Both the position numbers and the translations under genes were made by a program. Source: a virus (taxonomy: Duplodnaviria; Heunggongvirae; Uroviricota; Caudoviricetes). Taken from it: a stretch of DNA of 26,680 nt. Positions 1-8,369 of the stretch are shown in pieces; the first letter of the stretch is position 1; every line of letters begins with the position of its first letter. Below the pieces are notes generated by a model. The model did no database searches. It was not told the DNA's origin and saw only the letters and a program-made list of their open reading frames with translations. Where the stretch lies: positions 1-26,680 of the IMG/VR virus record IMGVR_UViG_3300029841_000117, one strand, 5' to 3'.

Positions 1-73
1 GTTCCGATTGTACGCTGCGTTTAATCAAAGCGCACAGTTCTCTGTCATCATCTATAATTAAAATTTTATTCAT
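1..73 (-). CDS. Response regulator, N-terminal receiver domain (partial, runs off the window)
   Basis: Not in the ORF track. ATG at 73 with RBS AAGGAG; translates MNKILIIDDDRELCALIKRSVQSE, a classic receiver-domain start (KILIIDDD). Overlaps the end of the HTH gene. Confidence 0.85.
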   Translation of the reverse strand, partial: MNKILIIDDDRELCALIKRSVQSE

Positions 74-254
74 GGCTCAGCTCCTTCCCTTGTTTTGTCC
101 GGCCATCAATCGGCTTCTCTGCAGTTTTGGGGATCAGCCAAACACCGGCCATTTTCACAGCGCCGTGGATACGCCCACCCGCACAATAATAATTTACCCT
201 GCGAGGTGTCACGCCCCACTGTTCGGCGGCATCTTTTAGTGTCATATAGTCCAT
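66..254 (-). CDS. Small helix-turn-helix DNA-binding protein (excisionase/HTH_17-like)
   Basis: 62 aa, YMTLKDAAEQWGVTPRRVNYYC..GRI.GA.K...VWLIP pattern; RBS GGAGG upstream. Confidence 0.8.
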   Translation of the reverse strand: MDYMTLKDAAEQWGVTPRRVNYYCAGGRIHGAVKMAGVWLIPKTAEKPIDGRTKQGKELSHE

Positions 255-274
255 TTTGCACCTCCATAGGACAT

Positions 275-303
275 ATTATAGTTCCTTATCTCGAATAATA
301 CAA
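275..303 (-). promoter_or_regulatory. Sigma-A promoter for the HTH/response-regulator genes
   Basis: TTGTAT (303-298), 17-nt spacer, TATAAT (280-275) on the minus strand. Confidence 0.7.
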
Positions 304-327
304 GCTGACTATTGTGATTATGCTTAC

Positions 328-362
328 ATAAAGAGCCGCAGATCATCTCTGACCTGCGGCTC
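328..362 (-). terminator. Intrinsic terminator closing the long minus-strand operon
   Basis: GAGCCGCAGGTCA-GAGA-TGATCTGCGGCTC stem followed by TTTAT, just downstream of the stop at 381. Confidence 0.65.
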
Positions 363-380
363 CGTTCTCCTATTAACCTG

Positions 381-1010
381 TTAAGTATGTATCCCGTATT
401 TCGCCGTTTGGATGTTCTCTTCGCCATGCAGGATTACCCCGCCGCAGGTCTTGGCACCCTGTACCATGTAGCCCTCAAAAAAGAAGCTGTAAGGCAGGTA
501 ATCATCCGTCAGGACGATGCGCTCATAGTTGTACCAGTTAAAGTGCTGGTCCAGAAACTTCCCCAGTTTGTGCCGAAGGATAGGATTTTCCACTACGGCC
601 TTGAGATTTTTCCGGCTGTGAAACTCTAGCTTTGGCCGGTTCTGTTCCGGAATGGACAGCAGCCGCCACCGTGTTCCATCGGCGACTTCTTCCTCACCTG
701 CCGCATATGAGCGAAACGGCTCATATGGCAGCCTGACCCGCTCGGTATAACCGGAAACGTTGTCTCTGCCAGCATCCTTCAGCCATGTGAAGGAAAGCTC
801 CAGCACTTTGGCACCGCCTACTGCATCACACAGCCGCAGTTCTGCATAGGAATGGATATCTTTGGTGATCAAATACTTTTTCTCCTCCAACCGCTGCAAT
901 TCCTTTTTCAAAATAATAAAGCGCTGCGGTGAGCAACCTTTTCTGGAACAGGTCTTGACGGAAATGCTATCTTGATTCACATAAACTGTTGCCATTGTCC
1001 TATTATTCAT
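381..1010 (-). CDS. Hypothetical protein with a C-terminal DUF4120-like domain (209 aa)
   Basis: Start moved to ATG 1010 (RBS GAGGTG). The C-terminus PYSFFF...GGVILHG...YGIHT* resembles my recollection of the DUF4120 signature. Confidence 0.6.
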   Translation of the reverse strand: MNNRTMATVYVNQDSISVKTCSRKGCSPQRFIILKKELQRLEEKKYLITKDIHSYAELRLCDAVGGAKVLELSFTWLKDAGRDNVSGYTERVRLPYEPFRSYAAGEEEVADGTRWRLLSIPEQNRPKLEFHSRKNLKAVVENPILRHKLGKFLDQHFNWYNYERIVLTDDYLPYSFFFEGYMVQGAKTCGGVILHGEENIQTAKYGIHT

Positions 1011-3477
1011 AATACACCTCATTTCTGCTATTTGCCTCTGCTTGATGCATGGCAGTCTGCATGACCAGGAAGGGGTGCTCTACATACTCCTCTTTTGCTG
1101 AGGTATATGCCGCTCCGCCCAGAGAGTCCAGATACTGCCATCCGTTTTTGGATTTTGAGATGTACACATAGAACGGTGCAAGCACATACTCATCCCGTTC
1201 ATAGCAACCAAGATACTTTCTTGCAAGTACCGCCACAACACCCAACTCTGCCGCTTTCTGTGTTGTCAGGGAAACTGCCAGTTTCATTACTTCCTCTTTT
1301 TCAATATCATTGAGTCTGGAAGTATAAACACTCTCCAGGAATAACACAGCCTTCTCACCTGCGGCAGACTTTCCGGTAGCCGTGTTCTCCTGCGACAAAT
1401 CAGCAAAAGAAAAATCGATGGCAGGTGGTTTTTGAAATGCACCTTTTGTCAAGCGGAGACAGGCACGAGCCACCACCGCTTCATCCTTTTTCACAAGGAC
1501 AATCTTCTTATTAGAGTCAAAGGCAGCTAACAGGCACTCCCTCTGGCTTCCAGTACGGTAAGACAGGCAGGTACTATGAGGAAGTTCACCAAGCCGCAGA
1601 GTGTGGTAAAAATCATCCACCTCTTCTGCCCAAAATGCACCTCGCGCCAACGAAAGATTTTTCTTCCAGAGGCTCTCCTGCATCTCGCTGACAGGGTAGC
1701 GGATCTCACGCTGCAGGTCACCAGCAAAATATTTGAGTTTATAGAACTGGCCCATCAATTCAGCCTGTACGATCCGTCGCAGCGCTTCAACAGCCAGCTC
1801 CTGCCCGTCCAGTTCCCCATAGAGAGCGCATACCATAGCCGCGCCGCCCTGCAGTAAAAATTCCGTGACAGTCTCCCGGTTCTGCTCCACAAAATCGTCC
1901 GAAAATGCCAGTTTTTCTTTTAGATCCAGCCAGTCTGCATCTGTTGTCAGAATATCTTTCCGCACCTGCTTCCAATCCGTCATTTCCAAAAGAGCCTTCA
2001 TATTATTGAGGGCAAATACCGCATCCGACTCTGTAGTGAAATCCGGTATGAATGCCTGCAGCTGCGTATAGTGTTGTAGCAGCCCCATGGCAATCCGCCG
2101 GGTCAGCCCACAGATATGTCCAAATGAACCCCGATACCATTCGCTAAACGGCCTTTCCAACAGACATTTTCCAAGCTGCTCCAACTCTGCATCTCCTGTA
2201 TATTGGCTGACCAGATCCCGTTTTATCAGCTGCCGCAGTGTCAGCAAACGCTGATCTATGGAAAGAGGTGTCAGCATAGTGTATAACCGGACATAAACCT
2301 CTTTCTGATGCCAAAGCTGATACATTTCCTCAAAGGTGTACTGCTGCCCTTCTTCCAGAAGCGTAAAAAAGCTGTCGCTGCGGTTCACAGAATCGCTGGC
2401 TTTCAAATTCTTCAGCGTCAGGGAATTGATGTTACAGTGCTCACAAAAGCCCGGCTCAAACAATAGAGAGTATCGCCCCAAGGACAGGAACACTTCACTG
2501 TTCTGATTCACCAATTCCAAAAAATGCTTTTTTCTATGCTCCACCGCATAAATGAGAATTGAAAACTGGAATTGCCGGACAGCATTAAAATCCAGATGGA
2601 GCCTGCCGGCATACAGAGCATTCAGATAACTCAGTTGGTTGCATAAAATTTCTTCCCTCTGTTCCTTGCTCAAAGGATGTGGCTGGGAGATAAACCAGTT
2701 GAGGTCATATTGTCCGGCATGGTTGTCCAGCCAGAGGTCAAAAAAAGCAGACAAATCCTCTGCGTCATATTCAAATACAGCCAACAGCCGGCGGAATTTT
2801 CCTACATCGGTCATTTTCATCCACCGGAGAGCTTTCAGGCGTTCTACTGACAGAAACAGCCGCACACCATACCGATAAAGCAAGATGCAGACTCTCTGGA
2901 GCGGACGATTCTGTTCCAACAGTTCCAGAGCTTTCCGTTCATTTTGATGCCAGAAAAACAGATACGAACCAAGAAACGGCTGCCGCATCATATCCCGCTG
3001 GTGCTCCGTCAGCATGGAAAGTCCCTTCCACTCCGCAATGGGAAAAGTCTGCAGGTTATCCAATATGACCTGCTCCTCTTCTTCATACATCACAAAGGGA
3101 AAATAGTATTTCAGGTATTCAAACCTCAGGGAAGGCAACAGTTCCAATTTCATGACTGCCAGCACCTGCTCTTGGGAATACGCTGTCAGTCTCTCTCCAT
3201 ACCCGTCTGCCGACTCTAAGGCTGAAGCAATTTCTTCATCGCCAATCTCCTGCCTGCACAACGTACCATAGAGCGCTGCAAAGTCCGGCACCCGAACCAG
3301 TTCTTCCTGTATCCGCTTTGTCTTTCGGATGTGCAGCCGTTCCTGTAATTGAAGTGTCTCCACCTGTCCACATGCCTGCGCTATGGCATCCTCTGAAAAG
3401 CTGCCTGTAAGCGTCGGAAGCAATCCGTCATCTTTCATTCTGGTCAATAGGGTCAGATGTTTTAATGTATTTCTCAT
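1003..3477 (-). CDS. Large hypothetical protein (824 aa), probably helical, with a C-terminal PcfJ-like region
   Basis: Long ORF coupled to the upstream gene (ATGA overlap, RBS GGAGG). The C-terminal LRLGE...TCLSY...ECLLA..DSNKKIVLV.....VARACLR...LFLESVY segment resembles PcfJ-like domains. Confidence 0.75.
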   Translation of the reverse strand: MRNTLKHLTLLTRMKDDGLLPTLTGSFSEDAIAQACGQVETLQLQERLHIRKTKRIQEELVRVPDFAALYGTLCRQEIGDEEIASALESADGYGERLTAYSQEQVLAVMKLELLPSLRFEYLKYYFPFVMYEEEEQVILDNLQTFPIAEWKGLSMLTEHQRDMMRQPFLGSYLFFWHQNERKALELLEQNRPLQRVCILLYRYGVRLFLSVERLKALRWMKMTDVGKFRRLLAVFEYDAEDLSAFFDLWLDNHAGQYDLNWFISQPHPLSKEQREEILCNQLSYLNALYAGRLHLDFNAVRQFQFSILIYAVEHRKKHFLELVNQNSEVFLSLGRYSLLFEPGFCEHCNINSLTLKNLKASDSVNRSDSFFTLLEEGQQYTFEEMYQLWHQKEVYVRLYTMLTPLSIDQRLLTLRQLIKRDLVSQYTGDAELEQLGKCLLERPFSEWYRGSFGHICGLTRRIAMGLLQHYTQLQAFIPDFTTESDAVFALNNMKALLEMTDWKQVRKDILTTDADWLDLKEKLAFSDDFVEQNRETVTEFLLQGGAAMVCALYGELDGQELAVEALRRIVQAELMGQFYKLKYFAGDLQREIRYPVSEMQESLWKKNLSLARGAFWAEEVDDFYHTLRLGELPHSTCLSYRTGSQRECLLAAFDSNKKIVLVKKDEAVVARACLRLTKGAFQKPPAIDFSFADLSQENTATGKSAAGEKAVLFLESVYTSRLNDIEKEEVMKLAVSLTTQKAAELGVVAVLARKYLGCYERDEYVLAPFYVYISKSKNGWQYLDSLGGAAYTSAKEEYVEHPFLVMQTAMHQAEANSRNEVYYE

Positions 3478-5591
3478 GCTGCTTCACCTCCGATCATTGT
3501 CAGTACCATATTCAAAATCTCATGCCTTGGCCGGGGTTCAGACTCTACCAGTTCACCACACAGCTCAAAAAAGGCGTGTGCATCTTTGGCATCCATTGTC
3601 TGCACACAACCGGCGGGCCATTCCACCAACTTATCAAATGCCATATCCAGTACCTCTTTCTTCTCATCCCTGTAATAATATCCCCCTATGAATTTCACAA
3701 GAGATTCGGCGCTGCCGTTATAAAGTTGCTGCAGCTTTTCCCGTTTCTGTATGGTCCGTTTTTCCTGCTCCAGTCGTTTTTCCTGCTCCTTTCTCTCAGC
3801 TTCGGCTCTGTGCTCATCCTCCAACTCTTCCTTGGAATAGAATGTTTCCTTCAGCCGGTTGATTTCATAGCCGTTATACTCCCTGTGGAGCAAAAACTGC
3901 CGCAACACCGCTGCCAGCGCTTTTTTATCATAAAGGCGTTGGATCTCCGGTGCTTTTAAGGCACTTAAAACGAAGTCCTCATATTTTTCCGGCTCAGTCT
4001 GGAAAACTGAACGCTCCACCCAGTCATAGAGCTGTCGATGCTGCTCTGCAGATAGGAATGAACGGCTGATGTATGTTTTATATTCCCTTCTGCTGTAATA
4101 CCCCTCACTCCTGACAAAGCATTCGTGAAAGTAAAACCGCTTGCCAAATATCGTTTGAAGTTGGGAAAAAGTGTACTCAGCCAGTAGCCTCTCTACAAAC
4201 CGGAAACACCTCCAACTTGAAATTCTCAGGGCATACTCCCGCAGCAGTTTCAGTTGTGGCGCATCTTCACCATCTTGCCGATGCTGCTTGAAAAACTCCC
4301 ATAGATTGATTTCCTTCTTTTCCACCAGAAAGGCAAATGCCCGCCTACCGTTCGTATGCCAACTTCTGAAATATTCTCCATAGTCAGCTCCGGTCAGTTC
4401 CTGATATCTGGAAAGCCACTGTTTCAAAGGGATCGTCTGCCTGGAATGCAGCATCTGCAGGGTAAACAACTCCATGTAGTTATCCCGCTCCAGTTCCTTC
4501 GCCAGATTATCGTACTGAGGATCAAACACATCAAATCGGTACGGAAAATCCTTCTGTATCGTTTGATTCATCCATAACAGTGTTTTCGGTGCTGTGGGGT
4601 TCAAACCATATTGAACCGCTTCCCAGAGTCCCTGAAATCCTTCGTACTTGACCGTAAAGCTGTTATAGAACTGAAACAGCCAGCCAAGATACTCGTAAAA
4701 TTCTTCCGAAAAATCCTTTGGAGCATTCAGAAGCATCCGCCCACACGCTGTTGCGATTTTCTCGGCAGTGATACTCTTGGAACTCAACCGGTCCGGCAGC
4801 CTGTCCGCCCATACAGCGAGAGAGTTTGCCAAAATGATTTCATCGCAGCGATACCCTGCTTTAGTCAAAACCGAAAATTCGCGGCTGTCGGGCTTCATAT
4901 TCATATACGGCAGTTTCATCAGCGTGCGCAGCACCAGGTCGGCTTTCCCGCGGTACCTCTTTGCCTGCTCTGCATAGAACCGGATGAACCATTCCAGCAC
5001 ACCAAAATCATATACCAGTGAAAGTGTCAGATTTTGTGTGAATAGATGACTGAGTTGGGTATGCATCACCTCATAGCCGCGTTCCCTATCATCAAATAAC
5101 GACAGTACAAACAGGGCTTCTTCCGTTCTCGTACACTCCCTTTCTGCCAGTTTCTCCAACAGGGCATGGCGCTGTGCCGCATCTGTTTCCAGAAGATACA
5201 GAGCGCCCTGCAGGTACACATCTTCTCCGGCAGACCGCCGCAATTTCTGGAGGAATGCTCCCCGCTGATTGCCCACAAACATATTGTCAGACTGGATCGC
5301 ACAGGTATTTCCCAGCGCCAGGGCCAGAGCGCGGAGAACCCGGACATCATTGCCCAGTTTTTCCTCAAACCGCTCCAACACCTCGCCAGGATAACGCAGA
5401 TGATATGGTTCAAAATAGCCGGACACATCCGTTTCCACCTGCCATATCTGCATCGCCCTTGTTTGTCGGTAAGTCCTTCTCGCCGTATCGTCCTGAGAAG
5501 TCTGTACTACCAATTCGGCAAAGGCATGGTAAAGCTCCAAATCAATAGCCCTCTGATATACCCGGTAAACCGGTATCCTGTCGATATGCAT
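3474..5591 (-). CDS. Large hypothetical protein (705 aa), alpha-helical with a C-terminal coiled coil
   Basis: Start moved to ATG 5591 (RBS AGGAGG); the extension in the ORF track runs through a terminator hairpin. No recognised motif; EAERKEQEKRLEQEKR coiled-coil segment. Confidence 0.75.
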   Translation of the reverse strand: MHIDRIPVYRVYQRAIDLELYHAFAELVVQTSQDDTARRTYRQTRAMQIWQVETDVSGYFEPYHLRYPGEVLERFEEKLGNDVRVLRALALALGNTCAIQSDNMFVGNQRGAFLQKLRRSAGEDVYLQGALYLLETDAAQRHALLEKLAERECTRTEEALFVLSLFDDRERGYEVMHTQLSHLFTQNLTLSLVYDFGVLEWFIRFYAEQAKRYRGKADLVLRTLMKLPYMNMKPDSREFSVLTKAGYRCDEIILANSLAVWADRLPDRLSSKSITAEKIATACGRMLLNAPKDFSEEFYEYLGWLFQFYNSFTVKYEGFQGLWEAVQYGLNPTAPKTLLWMNQTIQKDFPYRFDVFDPQYDNLAKELERDNYMELFTLQMLHSRQTIPLKQWLSRYQELTGADYGEYFRSWHTNGRRAFAFLVEKKEINLWEFFKQHRQDGEDAPQLKLLREYALRISSWRCFRFVERLLAEYTFSQLQTIFGKRFYFHECFVRSEGYYSRREYKTYISRSFLSAEQHRQLYDWVERSVFQTEPEKYEDFVLSALKAPEIQRLYDKKALAAVLRQFLLHREYNGYEINRLKETFYSKEELEDEHRAEAERKEQEKRLEQEKRTIQKREKLQQLYNGSAESLVKFIGGYYYRDEKKEVLDMAFDKLVEWPAGCVQTMDAKDAHAFFELCGELVESEPRPRHEILNMVLTMIGGEAA

Positions 5592-5619
5592 TAAAATCCC
5601 TCCTACTTGAAATCTTCCA

Positions 5620-5693
5620 TAAAAGATATGGGGAGAGAGCCGCAACATGGCTCTCTCCCCATTGATCAACTGACAGCATACCGATGGTATGCT
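5620..5693 (-). terminator. Two tandem hairpins after ligA, the second terminator-like
   Basis: AGCATACC/GGTATGCT (5675-5693), then a perfect 14-bp stem ATGGGGAGAGAGCC/GGCTCTCTCCCCAT (5628-5662) followed by ATCTTTTA on the minus strand. Confidence 0.6.
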
Positions 5694-5701
5694 ATATTTT
5701 C

Positions 5702-7726
5702 TTACTCAGCGCCGGCCATGCTGAAGAACTCCGCAGGTGACAGCACCGTAACGCCCAAATCCCTGGCCTTGGATAACTTGCTGCCGGCATTTTCGCCACA
5801 GACCAGATAATCCGTCTTCTTGGACACCGAGCTGCCGGCATGGGCGCCCAGTGATTCGATCAGGTCATTGATTCCGTCCCGGGTGTAGGGTTCCACCTTG
5901 CCGGTAACTACGATAGTCTTTCCCACAAAGGGATTATCCTGCTCCCTGTCTTCGCTGTGTTCTACCACAGCAGGCTTTTGAATATTCATCATAGTCTGTA
6001 ACTCCTCCCAAATACAAAAATTATCTTCTACACAGAACCAGTCGTGGATATTGTTATGCAATGTCTCCCCGAAATCCGGAAGCTGCCGGAAATCATAGCC
6101 GCCATAGACCGCATCCCGAAACTCATCCAAATCATAGTGGAACACACGACCCAATACCTTGCTGGCAGTGTTGCCGATCATAGGAATATCCATAGAAATC
6201 AGATACCGCTCAAAGGTGGTGTTTCGGCTCTGTTGGATAGCGTCCCAAAGGCGCTGCCAGGACTTTTCACCAAACCCATCCATGCGGACGATTTCAGCCC
6301 GGTAACGATCCAGACGGTAAATATCCAGATAACTATGGATAAATCCCTGACCGATGAATTTTTCCAATGCAGCCTCCGACAGCCCTTCAATGTCCATTGC
6401 CTTCTGGCTGACAAAATGGACGAACTTTTTCAGCCGACGTGTCTCGCAGTCAGGGTTATCACAGTACAGCGTCTTGATGATGCGATCCTCGCCATTTTCG
6501 CCCTTTCCACTTGATTCATGGATGCGGGTAGGCTGTCCACAGCAGGGACAAACACGGGGAATCGTATCCACCATAGAGAAGCCGCCTCTGTCCAGATTTT
6601 CCTCCACGTGGGGGATGATCATGTTTCGTTTGCTTACCAGAATCCGGTTTCCAGCCATCAGTTCCAGATCCTCAATAAAGGACAGGTTGTGCAGACTGGC
6701 CCTGCTGACCTCACAGCCATCGATTTCCACCGGCGTAAACACTGCTACCGGAGCAATCTCTCCAGTTCTGCCCGGCGTCCATTCGATGTACTGCAGCAGG
6801 CTCTCATGCAGGTCATCTTCAAACTTATAGGCCAGACCGTCCTTATAGTGATGTCCGGTGCGGCCGCAGCTCTGGGCATAGGCGATGTCGTTAAACGAAA
6901 CCACGATACCGTCAATGGGGATATCTTTGTCAGTGGCATATTGCCGCAGCTGATAGATACCGGCTTCCACATTTTCCAGCGTCAGTTTCTGCTTTGTGAC
7001 CAGATACTTACAGGGCTGGAACCCCAACGCGCGCAGTTCCCGTAGCTTATCTGATTTCCGGGTCAGGTGCGGAAAGCCCTCCAGCACACCAAACGGCATG
7101 AAAACCAGCCGACGCTCCTGGCATATCTTGGCATCCATCAGACGGATGGAACCGGCAGCCAGATTGCGGCCGTTTTTATAGGGCTTACCGCTGCTGTCCT
7201 GTAGGCTGGTCTTCAGTTCCTCAAAATCACTGGGTCTGATAAAGCCCTCGCCCGTCACAACCAGTCTCTCTTTGTAGGTGATGTGGGAAGGGATACCGCT
7301 GATGGCTCGGGTGTTATGGGTAATGATCTCCCCTTCGTCACCATCGCCACGGGTAGCCGCCTCCAGAAGTTCTCCATTCTCATAGGTCAGCTTTACAGTC
7401 AAGCCATCCAGTTTGAGCATCAGCATCACCTGCTGCTCACCCATGAAATTCAGAAGATCCATACTGCTCTTAGTCTTATCCAAAGACAGCAGCGGGATCT
7501 CATGTCTGGTTTTCTCCAGCCTGCTCACCGCAGGATAGCCTACTGTCTGGGTTGGCGAATTTGCCATTTGGATTCCCGTTTCCTGTTCCAGCTCTTTCAA
7601 CTCGTCAAAGAGTCTGTCATAGACCTCATCTGACACACTGGGAGCGTTGCGGTTATAATACTCATCCCGATAACGGTTGAGCCGGTCATTCAAGTCTCTC
7701 TGCTTTTCAAAAATATTCCGTTCCAT
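5702..7726 (-). CDS. ligA: NAD-dependent DNA ligase
   Basis: YY...PSVSDEVYD domain Ia, adenylation motif KLDG, TRGDG..GE, RNLAAGS, DGIV, AYKF, RASLHN, Zn finger CPCC..C..C, HhH repeats and a C-terminal BRCT (GKTIVVTG...SVSKKTDYLVCGENAGSKL). Confidence 0.96.
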   Translation of the reverse strand: MERNIFEKQRDLNDRLNRYRDEYYNRNAPSVSDEVYDRLFDELKELEQETGIQMANSPTQTVGYPAVSRLEKTRHEIPLLSLDKTKSSMDLLNFMGEQQVMLMLKLDGLTVKLTYENGELLEAATRGDGDEGEIITHNTRAISGIPSHITYKERLVVTGEGFIRPSDFEELKTSLQDSSGKPYKNGRNLAAGSIRLMDAKICQERRLVFMPFGVLEGFPHLTRKSDKLRELRALGFQPCKYLVTKQKLTLENVEAGIYQLRQYATDKDIPIDGIVVSFNDIAYAQSCGRTGHHYKDGLAYKFEDDLHESLLQYIEWTPGRTGEIAPVAVFTPVEIDGCEVSRASLHNLSFIEDLELMAGNRILVSKRNMIIPHVEENLDRGGFSMVDTIPRVCPCCGQPTRIHESSGKGENGEDRIIKTLYCDNPDCETRRLKKFVHFVSQKAMDIEGLSEAALEKFIGQGFIHSYLDIYRLDRYRAEIVRMDGFGEKSWQRLWDAIQQSRNTTFERYLISMDIPMIGNTASKVLGRVFHYDLDEFRDAVYGGYDFRQLPDFGETLHNNIHDWFCVEDNFCIWEELQTMMNIQKPAVVEHSEDREQDNPFVGKTIVVTGKVEPYTRDGINDLIESLGAHAGSSVSKKTDYLVCGENAGSKLSKARDLGVTVLSPAEFFSMAGAE

Positions 7727-8049
7727 TATGCTGCCTCCTTTTCAAGTACCCGGAAGGACATAACCAGTTCTTCTTCCGTATGCTTCTGTTCACTGTCGAA
7801 AACACTGCAAACACCGTCTGCAAACTGCCAGTGGGCGGCTCTGCCCCACCAAAGGATCGGGCCGCGGCCGCCGTTGCCTCTGTTGGCAGACGCATCTGGC
7901 TGATTCGCTACGGTACTATAAAAGCCCTGCGTGTTTACCAGCGTAATGTTCCGTATCTGCCCAATACATTCCGGCCGACAGTGATCCAATATCTCCAACT
8001 GCGTCCCTTCCCGAAGTGTCCTGCGCAGCTGATTCAGGTTTTTGATCAT
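7726..8049 (-). CDS. Hypothetical protein (107 aa)
   Basis: ATG 8049 with RBS AAAGGAG; ATGA overlap upstream and TAATG overlap with ligA. Confidence 0.75.
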   Translation of the reverse strand: MIKNLNQLRRTLREGTQLEILDHCRPECIGQIRNITLVNTQGFYSTVANQPDASANRGNGGRGPILWWGRAAHWQFADGVCSVFDSEQKHTEEELVMSFRVLEKEAA

Positions 8050-8303
8050 GCAATTTTCTCCTTTCCCCGCCCCACAGGGCAATCCTGCTGTGCGGTATGC
8101 AGCCCATTTCTGCCGGCTGCATATCTGCCAAAATTCAATTCATGGACAATACGCTGAATGGCGTCATCATCGTCCCACGCTGCGTGAAGCGTATTCCGCT
8201 CTGGCCCGGCTCCCACATGGACACATACCTTTTCACTGCCAACCTGCAGCAGCACATCCTGTCGCCTGGCGCAAACCACTGCCAGATTTCCAATTTGTTT
8301 CAT
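8046..8303 (-). CDS. Hypothetical protein (85 aa)
   Basis: RBS AAGGAG; fits the operon and is coupled to the next gene. Confidence 0.7.
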   Translation of the reverse strand: MKQIGNLAVVCARRQDVLLQVGSEKVCVHVGAGPERNTLHAAWDDDDAIQRIVHELNFGRYAAGRNGLHTAQQDCPVGRGKEKIA

Positions 8304-8326
8304 GCTCTGCTCCTTCCTTCTTCATC

Positions 8327-8360
8327 AATGACCGGACGCCCTCAAGGACGCCCGGCCATT
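8327..8360 (-). other. Strong intergenic RNA hairpin without a U-tract
   Basis: AATGGCCGGGCGTCC-TTGA-GGGCGTCCGGTCATT, 15 bp. The G-U pairs form only on the minus strand. Confidence 0.6.
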
Positions 8361-8369
8361 CTCATTTTG

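Noticed and set aside
5592..5669. N-terminal extensions in the ORF track (also 11101-11388, 12047-12121, 14176-14202, 23514-23612, 24328-24435, 25244-25273)
   Set aside because: They cross terminators or upstream genes, and downstream starts have clear RBSs.
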